Shown in pieces: positions 55,401-64,000 of a DNA stretch of 64,000 nt (position 1 is its first letter; each line of letters opens with the position of its first letter). Below the pieces are notes generated by a model. The model made no database searches, was not told where the DNA came from, and saw only the letters and a program-made list of their open reading frames with translations. The position numbers and the translations under genes were made by a program. Source of the DNA: Mytilus trossulus. Taxonomy: Eukaryota. Location of the stretch: contig NC_086382.1 of NCBI RefSeq assembly GCF_036588685.1, positions 46,748,001-46,812,000 of the forward strand, read 5' to 3'.

Positions 55401-57466
55401 TGAAATATCATCCAACTAATGATCAAGAGTATTTGAAAGAAAGTCATTAATGACAGGCCATTGAATGAAAGTTGAAAATTGTTCACATCAAATTTAAACA
55501 TAGTTCTGTGAACCAGTAAGGTACTCGTGATATTTAGTCCTGACTGAAGTCTTCTCTAAAAATAATCGCAAAATGCGTTGTCAGCGTTATTAAATCCACT
55601 TCTTATCAAATTCAGACCCATCTTGCTACTTCTTTGTACTAAATTGTTTTAGACGTTTTTTAACATAAATGCATCCATCGAATTGTGCGATTATGTTTGC
55701 ATAGAACGTTTGTCAGGACTATGTATCACGAGTCCTTACTTAGGAACAGAATTATCTTAATTTCAATTAAATTGTATGAATCTGCAGTTGCAAACAGCAA
55801 CACATTTGGTCATGGGCTGTATATGTATGAAAGCCAACAAGGAAATTATGAATCAATGTAATTGTGAATTCTTACAAACCTCCTCATCTTCAAACTGGTT
55901 TATGTATCTCTCAAATCCTAAAAATCGCAATATGTCCCCAACACTATTTATTTCGTTGTGTGTTTTTGAAGCACTGCTACAAGACGGAAGTTGTTTGCAG
56001 GATGTCGACTCTCCTGAATCTTTAAAAAACGTGTTCAATATTTAAAATTGTGTAAAACAATGACAAACCAAATATATGTATTATATATAAGTAAACAAAG
56101 TTGGAACATTTCTTCACAAAACATTATTACATGCATATATGTGTGGTGGCGCAACATTTGACATAACTTTGTAGTGATACTTTTATTTAACACTTGAATA
56201 TAAATTTATTGCACTAAAGCTACCAACAATGACCTTACCGCTACAGCTTCAACTGTAAGGTACCCTGAAATGGTAAGTATCTATAAGAACAGGGTTTCAT
56301 ATAGATAAGTATTACTTTCATATAGATAAGTTCTAATAGAAAAACTACTTGCTTTGTTCTAATGTATCCATCGTGTCACTATTGTTAGCCGATTCTGCTT
56401 TATTTATTTTGTCAAGGCTTAAGGCCATGTCATTGTCATCTTGCGCTACTTGTTCTGAACTTTTGTCTAAAGAAACAAAATTTGAACTACTAGTATCGTC
56501 TTCATCTGCAAATTAAAATATCAAAATATGATGACCGATATATTGTGTAACTATCATATAAAAAGTTGTGTGAAATAATTTATCATTCAAATACATCTCA
56601 TGAATTTTTACTCAAAACATTTTTAATCAAATGTTCACTTTGAAATGTGCATGTTGATTTTTGTTTAACAATTAATCAACACATTGGCCGAATGCACTTG
56701 AAACTCTCGAGTTAACTTTACTAAGTCGAGTTTCAACAATACGATTTTACTTGAACCACTCAAGTTAATCCCACGCAGTCTGGTTCCAACCCTCACCGAG
56801 ACAGAATTAAACTCGAGAAACTCTTGAATGACGTAAAACCATTGAGAATATGTTATTTGTTATGCTTGGTCAGGGCCTTACCCTAGAGTTACTTAGAGTT
56901 TGTTCCGAATATTAAGGCTAATGTGTTTACGTGATAATCAACTAGTATTATCTCTGAAGTCGATTGTAGGCCATTATTGACTACAGGCGTCCGAGGCGTT
57001 TTTCTTGATTTACTTTCAACCTGAACGCTTAGAGTCAATATTTTTAAGAGGGGCGAAAGACCCAAGAGGGACTAGATAGATTATAATCTTGATATTTATA
57101 GGAATGAATTGATATATGTGAGATTTTTTGGGAAATTTTAAGCTTACCGTTATGTTTCATATCAAGTATCCTTTTAATGCTTTCTTGAGCTGGTTGTATT
57201 ACGTTTTCAACGATTCTTACATCGGAATCTTCAAATATCTGTATAAGGATGTCGTATTTACCAACTTTCAAAATGTTTTTCTTCTCAAGAATATCCAGAA
57301 GACATTGCATGTTTACTGCATCGGTGAAGTCTTTTGGTGTAATGATGTGTTTTACTCTGTATTTCACTTTATCAAATTCAGATTTTTCTATATCATGGTT
57401 AATATGTTCACACAATTCCCCTTTCAGCTTTGCATGTAGATCTTTGGGATCATCTTGTTTCTTCAT
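39873..57466 (-). CDS. RIG-I-like receptor (DExD/H helicase + RLR CTD) with N-terminal DED-like and SAM domains, ~955 aa
   Basis: Exons 5'->3': 57466-57148, 56505-56353 (tentative), 56019-55880, 54629-54533, 53402-53214, 52146-52061, 49711-49439, 47837-47675, 46771-46676, 45792-45584, 45338-45194, 44458-44243, 41710-41543, 40492-39873; phases are compatible. Motifs: Q LYPFQ, I ARTNAGKT, Ia [58 protein letters not shown] CRKC...CHDWG. Confidence 0.88.
41090..41300. repeat. Degenerate ~30-bp minisatellite
   Basis: TCAGTGATTATGTAAAAYCACTGGTCATTT repeated. Confidence 0.6.
41300..41432 (-). mobile_element. tRNA-derived SINE fragment
   Basis: B-box GGTTCGAATTCC on the minus strand with no cloverleaf; a similar head lies on + at about 36385-36460. 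Confidence 0.5.
41543..41710 (-). CDS. RLR exon, Hel2 motifs V-VI
   Basis: [33 protein letters not shown]. Confidence 0.95.
42182..42380. mobile_element. MITE, TA-flanked
   Basis: TACTGTGGATTCATT...AATGAATCCATAGTA; a related partial copy lies at about 28294-28390. Confidence 0.7.
44243..44458 (-). CDS. RLR exon, Hel2 motif IV
   Basis: SNPDINKV...SRFLIFVKRRMTA...HLTGS. Confidence 0.9.
45194..45338 (-). CDS. RLR exon, Hel2i
   Basis: cag|VYLQAYGTNETL...MQ G|gtaact. Confidence 0.8.
45584..45792 (-). CDS. RLR exon, Hel2i
   Basis: PPPDRSSMRYLNWL...FLHACFRNIE|gttagt. Confidence 0.85.
45880..46195 (+). repeat. Interspersed repeat (GAGCGTCACTGATGAG family)
   Basis: Inverted copy at about 15435-15700; related pieces at 28410-28460 and 28925-29110. 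Confidence 0.7.
46676..46771 (-). CDS. RLR exon, start of Hel2i (absent from the ORF track)
   Basis: tag|ENLPVVSRDDDPVIKNIISAIKQVERKMQADS G|gttagt. Confidence 0.8.
46809..47197. mobile_element. TTAA-targeting MITE (Kolobok/piggyBac-type)
   Basis: TTAA|GGATGTTTGCT...AGCAAACATCC|TTAA. Confidence 0.75.
47675..47837 (-). CDS. RLR exon, motif III
   Basis: TLGMTASP...AVEHVKILMANLD. Confidence 0.92.
49439..49711 (-). CDS. RLR exon, motifs Ib-II
   Basis: FMTPQLFVNNL...FTLLVFDECHHT...YNNVM...LPQ|gtgaga. Confidence 0.95.
49731..50200 (+). mobile_element. HINE/Helentron-type element in an RLR intron
   Basis: Two ~180-bp tandem units, a GACG/GAAC microsatellite, a 3' hairpin and a GGCATAAAAA end. Confidence 0.8.
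50423..50639. mobile_element. MITE, TA TSD
   Basis: TA|CCGTATAGCGGGTTATTTTCGCGGG...CCCGCGAAAATAACCCGCTATACGG|TA. Confidence 0.85.
52061..52146 (-). CDS. RLR exon, motif Ia (absent from the ORF track)
   Basis: [24 protein letters not shown]. Confidence 0.88.
53214..53402 (-). CDS. RLR exon, Q motif and Walker A (absent from the ORF track)
   Basis: KQLYPFQRELLEIPLSGENTIVYARTNAGKTLIAF. Confidence 0.92.
53436..53710 (-). mobile_element. 3' end of the Penelope-like family, adjacent to an RLR splice acceptor
   Basis: Matches 6032-6310. Confidence 0.7.
54533..56019 (-). CDS. RLR exons encoding a SAM domain (56019-55880 and 54629-54533)
   Basis: SVGDILRFLGFERYINQFEDEE|VDIDSFWTLKGEDLQRMGVKIGPSSKIMKYIE matches the SAM consensus across a phase-0 intron. 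Confidence 0.85.
56353..56505 (-). CDS. RLR low-complexity linker exon (donor uncertain)
   Basis: tgcag| followed by an open S/D/N-rich frame; the best phase-1 donor is A|gcaagt (GC-AG). Confidence 0.5.
57148..57466 (-). CDS. RLR N-terminal exon, death-effector-domain-like
   Basis: LKGELCEHINHDIEKSEFDKVKYRVKHIITPKDFTDAVNMQCLLDILEKKNILKVGKYDILIQIFE; donor G|gtaagc. Confidence 0.75.
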
Positions 57467-57778
57467 AATGCACTTAAAATGAAAAAATTGTATAATATAC
57501 AAAAATAAAGAATGATAACCAATGAAACAACTAACTATCAGTGACCAAAACATAGGAAATCAAACAACTATAGTTTACGATTGGACTTCGGTATATGGTG
57601 TATGCTATTTATCCATAATATTGCTAAAATCACCAGTCTAAAATGATATGAAATACTGGAGACCTGTTTTGTTTCGTTTCTTTTGATTGCTTTGTTTTAG
57701 TATTTATATGATATTTTGTTTGGATAATCCCAATGAAGATATTGTTTCTCTCTTTTCCAATGACATACGCATACGTGT

Positions 57779-57914
57779 NNNNNNNNNNNNNNNNNNNNNN
57801 NNNNNNNNNNNNNNNNNNNNNNNNNNNNNNNNNNNNNNNNNNNNNNNNNNNNNNNNNNNNNNNNNNNNNNNNNNNNNNNNNNNNNNNNNNNNNNNNNNNN
57901 NNNNNNNNNNNNNN
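57779..57914. other. Assembly gap
   Basis: Run of N. Confidence 1.
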
Positions 57915-58526
57915 TAAATTAACAAAAAATAAAAACAGGGAAAAATAAATTAAACAAAATATATTAAAAAGATCGAAACCCTTATAGTCCTGACTCGAGT
58001 TCAAAGTCAAAATTATTGTCTGTCAAATTGTTTTAACAATACATTTAAATAATTTCAGTACTCGCAAATTAGGTAACACATTTTCGTTAAGTACTTTATC
58101 GCGCAAAATCATTCCGAATCGGTCCTATGTTACTAAATGGTCTGATTGTAGTATACAATAGATATAGGAAGATGTGGTGTGAGTGCCAATGAGACAACTC
58201 TCCATCTAAATAAGTTCTGTTATTATTTGCAATGTTTTTGTCCTTGTGTGAATTTTTAAATTATTAATAATAACAGAAATAACATTGATTATTTACAAAA
58301 TATTGTTTGCGTAATGATATTGACCGATATAAATATTGATTTATTTTGAGAGTTTATGTTTATTCGGGTTTATCTATCAGTTATTTAAATTCAAAATGTT
58401 CGTGAATGTTAGCCAATAGGGGAATGTAAATATGTATGTACTGTATAACCTCTATTTGTGTTACATATCTCAGTCAAATGTAAGAACCTGATCGCACAAT
58501 ATTACACTAAATTATGAAAATTGCGA

Positions 58527-58868
58527 GGCATTTCCCCTTTACAATGTATAACAAAAAACTAAACCCCATGGTTATTAAAAATGGAGGGAGAGATCCATTA
58601 AATCTGACGAAAATCGAACGCAAGACGTTATCAACTAATGAAAAAAAAATATCCATAAGCCACGAATACTGATATTCGAAATTACAATTAAAAACTTACA
58701 GTTTCCGGAAGTGCAATGGTGATCAGACGTTCTAATCTTTTACGATATTTTTACATTTAAAATACGTCTGTAATCCACAAATTTCCACCTTTAACCATTG
58801 TATTTTTAGACATTGGGAAATCCACATAACTTGCATTTGTAATTGTATAAATAGGTGAAAGGGTTTCC
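58527..58868. promoter_or_regulatory. kappaB/ETS-like motif cluster upstream of the RLR coding region
   Basis: GGGGAAATGCC (- strand, 58527-58537), CCGGAAGTG 58705-58713, GGGAAATCC 58815-58823 and GGGTTTCC 58861-58868. Confidence 0.3.
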
Positions 58869-58889
58869 TCGAAACACTGAATCTGACGT

Positions 58890-59041
58890 ATAGTCCAGTC
58901 AATCTAGCATAAATTTGACCCTAACCTGAAAGTAATTGCAACAGAAGAGTTTTAAATATAAAGGGCATAATGCTATAGATTAGAATTAAAACATTTTCTG
59001 TTGCAATTAGTTTGAGGTTGAATCTTAGTTTGACTGGACTA
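58890..59041. mobile_element. Short MITE
   Basis: TAGTCCAGTCAA...TTGACTGGACTA with inner AATTGCAACAGAA inverted repeats. Confidence 0.65.
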
Positions 59042-61930
59042 GTAATACGTTGTAGTCAATCTGTATGTATGAGTATGTTGTTGATACCAATATCAGCTTT
59101 TATAGCTTGTTATTAAAAAAAGCAATCATAACAAGTAAAAGACATAATCTTTCAATCAGTTTAATTGAGGTATTGAGCTGGCATGTCATTAACTGGTAGT
59201 TGTCTTTTTTTATAAATAATATTGATGTTGGTTTGCTTAGTTCTTATGTTACCTATGCTAACATTGGACCAAGTATTTATATGTGTTTGTGTATTCTTGA
59301 GTTTTCTAAAAGCGTGTTTAACCCCGTCACATGTTTGCGTCTATTCCAAGTATGGAGCTGTAAAACTAGGTTTAACCAACCATGTTCTACATTTGAAAGT
59401 GCCTGTACCAAGTCAGGAATATGATAGGTGTCGTCCATCCGTTTTTTTAATGTGTTTTGCTATTTGATTTTGCCATGTGGTTAGGAACTTTCCGATTTGA
59501 TTTTTCACTGAGTTCAGTATTTTTGTGATTTTACTTTTTCGAACGTTTTTACCTTTTATGACCTAGCACATATCAAAATATAAGGTTTAGTTTTAACAGT
59601 ATTTCATTCAAATAAATTGAACTGGATTAGGCAACAGGTATAGCCTATGTAATGTAAGACCTCTCCATAAAGGTAGTAGCAATTTAGTGGACTTTCATTT
59701 TATGTGAAGTCTAATATCAAGGTTTCTAAGATATTAAGCATATAAGCAAGCTTTAACAATCTTACAGATTTTCATTTTCAAGTATCTGGTTTATATCACT
59801 CTTTTTGGATTTCATGCAAGTCCTGCACTCTGTCTTTTTACATCGGTTAGTATCCGCTTTACCGATGTACGATTTGAAATACACTATAACAAATATAGTT
59901 TCGTGTATTCGAGTGCTGTGAATAGTTGACGTTTTCAAATTATTTTTTTTGAAACAATTTAAGAAGTAACTTTTATGATCTGTGTGAGCTACCTTGATTT
60001 GTCAATAAAGATGGATTAACGAGTTATGAACAACGGCAACTACTGTTGCCTTAACCTATGAAATAAAGAACACATAAATCTAGACAGAATAAATAATTAA
60101 GCACCTAGAACTTGATCTTTACTTCTGAGAGAGATATATAAAGACCACAGTAGTATACCGCTGTTCAAAAATCATCAACCGATTAAAAGAAAACAAATCC
60201 GATTTACAAACTAAAACACATCAACTATAAGAGGAAACCAACGGAATAAAGAAATCACTAACTGCAACAAAAGCAAACGCCAGAATAATCAAATAATGAA
60301 AATGATGGCAATGTAGTTCCAGATTTATTGATACTGTCATAAAGGACAGAGCAGTTAAAAAACGACAAACTTTAAAATGAAAACCACACTCGTTTAAACA
60401 GAACTTGAGTAGCGATTCAAGTGAAATTATGGTATTTTACCAGCTTACATGAAGAATGATACACAGTTTTTGTTTTTAAAAAAATGTATTAAAAATATTA
60501 AGACTCCTACGACAGAATGGCCCGGATTTAGAAAACGGGTACTAAAAATGAATATAAAATTGTGATTACCTTATCAAAAAGTCTGTAAAAACCTTCCCTT
60601 TTGTTACGTTGTAAAAACTATACGCAGATAAACTAAAAAAAAATTTACTTTAGGAAATAGGATGTATATTTGGATTTTGTATGTAGATCCTGCTACTTTG
60701 AACCTGGTCTATATGTAAATGTGACAGTACATTATTCCCGCATGCTTTATGGGTCCCTTAGACAAGAATATAAGTCAGACTAAACTGCTCGGGAAAATAA
60801 GATGTATGTGTCAATACACAAAGACTACGTAAAAGTGATGTATATCTCGCAAGCACATTCCACCATCTCCATCTTAACATTAAAGCCTTGTTTCCAATAT
60901 CATATATAGGTAATTCGTATAATGAATTACCCAATGACTCATTTCACTACGTTATATGGGAATTTCATAATTTGTTTAATAAGAATTGAAAAGAAAGCAT
61001 GATTTTGAAATAGAAAAAAAGGAACATGCGTTGCATGACAAATCACTTTAAAAAAAAACTATCCAAAGCTGTGGAAAAATAACCATATGCAAGAAAGTAT
61101 TTACGTTACAAAAACATGAAATAACCACTAGTGAGTATTATGTGGACAAAATGAACGTCTGGCATACCATATTATAACCTGTGAATCTTTTATGAGTTTC
61201 TGCTCTGTAAATGAAGCAAATACACTTGAAATTGGTTCTACTTCTTTGTTCCTGCATGAGAGAGAAAAAATGATTGTGAAAAATATGAAACGGAATATAT
61301 TAGTTTGGCATAATTTTATCATATGGCGTCTATCGTGTCCAGAACTGTGATACTATCAAATAAAAGTATTCATAGCAATAATGTTTATGAATCCAGTATA
61401 AGAAACATAGGGCTGAATACAGGAAAACAGTATGTCCCCACCAGGATGCCGACTATCGGATAAAATTTACAGACATCAAATGTAATGGCATAAAAAATAT
61501 AATGTCAACAGTGATTGAGACCTATTGATTCTGGTAACATGTAAACATTTATGTATATCTTTGTAGTTAAACAATAATATGATCAAACTAAACCCAAGCA
61601 TGCAATTATATCAGGTTGGAAATGATTATGTATTTGACGGTTTCGGTCGTATGAATGTTCTATTGGTTCTAATGACACCAACACAATCCAAAAACGGAAT
61701 TTTTTTTAATTTTAGCGCACATTCGGTGGTTTTCAGTGCTAATTTTTTCAAGAAAATACGTAGATTTTACTTTTTTTTATTTGATGTCAAATAAAATGGG
61801 AACAGTCTGACGCAGACATGATATGGAACTTGTTTACTAAAGTTGTAGCAATCATATAGCTGTAATAAATTAAACTATTAAAGAACGGTTTAGAATACAT
61901 ATTTTTGTTACTTTAACACAATTAATATTT

Positions 61931-62200
61931 ATTTAAGGAATGACTGTACTATTTTTTCTGACTATGAAGAAATGACATAAAAAATTTGGTGCACACTGAA
62001 TAACGCGCGTATGTTATTTCGAGTAGACAGACAAAATATTACAGTCATTTCTTAAATTCTAAATTCCATTTTAAACCGTAGATAACCATGAAAAAAACGT
62101 TGATGACGTCACGGTCACATGACTAAATTATGTCTAAGAGCTCATAACAAAATAACGTCAGCCAATCAGAAGACGCGTTACATCCAAAATTAAATTATTT
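61931..62200 (+). mobile_element. Hairpin-headed non-autonomous element (internally deleted)
   Basis: ATTTAAGGAATGACTGTA...TACAGTCATTTCTTAAAT, then GCCAATCAG near the far end. Confidence 0.55.
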
Positions 62201-62763
62201 ATCATTATTTGAATGATATTGGTTAACCTAAGTACGATGCACATCTAATAGGCATGATAGACAACAGGAAAGATGCGAGCTTTATAAATGAAATGTAGTG
62301 TAGCAGACATAACATAGAAACATACTTACCCGGCAAATGATAAGAGCAACGCAACCGGACGTATATTCGAAATAAAAAAAGAGGCTATAAACTATTTAAG
62401 ATTTCTTCTGAAGTAACGTTTTTAATCTAAATGTGTAGTTAAATCGCGATCGCAGCTATTGTTTCTTTTACAATGATAGATATGCTTTACGTCAATGTCA
62501 GTTAATCGGGTTGTCTGCTTTTGGGCATTGTTATGTTGATCCCTATTATAGGTTTTATTGTTGTTGCTGCCTCGGAAACTCAGTGTAAAAATAGAAAGCT
62601 TGAAATAAACAAGGATACATATATTTACTTGCAATGCTCAACACAGACAGTATAACTAGTGAAGTCGAAACTGCTCCCCTAGAAGAGGGCCTGATTTCAT
62701 GTACGGTTTCTGCATTCTGCTCAATCTTAAGTTTTGTGAGGACCTTTATCATTTTACTGTCAT

Positions 62764-63316
62764 TTAAGGAATAACAGTACTGTAGTTGAAGAGTTGCCAC
62801 CGTCAATTGTAGATTTGACGGTCGCAAATGCAGTTTTACTGGCGACGCGTAGCGGAGACAGTAAAACGGAGATCTGCGACCGTCAAATCAAAATTGACGG
62901 TGGCAACTTTTCAACTACAGTACTGTTATTCCGATTCTAATGCATTACAAAAAGAAATAATACGAAAAAACTTGAAAAAAGACCTAAATTTTGACAAATA
63001 AGAAAAATCCGCGAAACTTCATGAATGATTTTGGCGCAAAGACGTCATGGCTAAACGTGACGTCATACAAATGAAAACTTACAAACTCGAGATTATTACG
63101 TTACCTGTACGATTCAAATTCGGATAAAATTATATTAAAACGGCGAATTCGAGGTAGGTGTTGTTTAATTTTCGATTATATAGTAGTAATCGAACATTTG
63201 TTGATTCAACAATTCAAAATGTCGGGTCCATCCTTAGTTACGCCTAGTCTACTGTGGATTTGACGGCAACTTTTAGCCAATGAAAGGAATTGTTACATAT
63301 AAATTGCATTAGAATC
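62764..63316 (+). mobile_element. Hairpin-headed non-autonomous element
   Basis: A ~165-bp palindrome at 62768-62932 centred on GCGTAGC, then a body bounded by GATTCTAATGCA/TGCATTAGAATC with AGCCAAT near the end. Confidence 0.7.
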
Positions 63317-64000
63317 ATTGATTAATGGGGGTATTTCTTTTTTATATCCTTTATGTATTATTTGGTATACTATGATATCAGCAGATTATGTGCTACAAAC
63401 ACTTATTTAATATTTGTTGTAATAAAAAGTTAAATCATAATTAAACCTTTTTATTGGATACCGCAATCTATTTCTGAGATACTTATAGAATATATTCAAG
63501 TTGGAAAATTTGATTACACACAAATACAATGATTTGATTCGATTGGTTTTATTGGAAACTCAAAAACCTCGCTCCCATTTGTAGCAAATAATTCACCAGA
63601 CATGTAATTGTAAAAGAATGCATATTTGATCTTTTATTTGATATATATAATATTTTATTATATCATAATAACTCTTTATTTGTCGTTAATTGCATGGATT
63701 CTATATATGGAAATGTCGCGTGACATTCATAAGATACTTATATCAGATCATAATTACCGACATGCGTCTTATCACTTCAACAAGAGGAGCAGAAGCTATA
63801 GAGATAACGTTAAGGGTAACTAACGTAATAGTCGGAGCACTTTAGTTTTTATTACATATACTTAATACCAGTATAGTTCAAAAGTAGTCAATAGTTTCTC
63901 AATTGAATTGTTTCATATTGTTCTTGTCGGGGCTTTTTGTAGACGACTTTACGGTATGGGGTGTTCTCATTGTTGAGGCCATAAGGATGCCTGTAATTAC

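Noticed and set aside
57630-58010. ORFs containing X runs
   Set aside because: Artefacts of the N gap.

Overview
AT-rich, intron-rich eukaryotic DNA, most likely a bivalve mollusc (Mytilus-like; inferred from the style of the interspersed repeats). The ORF track misses most real exons, so gene models were rebuilt by hand from splice sites and reading-frame phase. There are four genes. (1) A + strand BTB-BACK protein (BTBD17-like) with a C-terminal MATH-like domain, 10815-14202. (2,3) Two tandem + strand paralogues of 9 coding exons each (16136-25939 and 30046-37805). They encode secreted Cys-rich proteins of about 312 and 315 aa with the architecture signal peptide-[ShKT-like + Ly6/uPAR three-finger]x2. 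Every ShK module has 7 Cys, and paralogue A alone has a Gly-Lys-Arg site in finger III of both three-finger domains. (4) A - strand RIG-I-like receptor helicase of about 14 coding exons (57466-39873), with a DED-like domain plus a SAM domain instead of N-terminal CARDs and an altered Zn site in the CTD. The rest is dense with MITEs, Helentron-type elements, SINE-like and Penelope-like fragments. One 1275-bp foldback element has inserted into the arm of another copy of itself, inside intron 1 of paralogue A. An assembly gap lies at 57779-57914.
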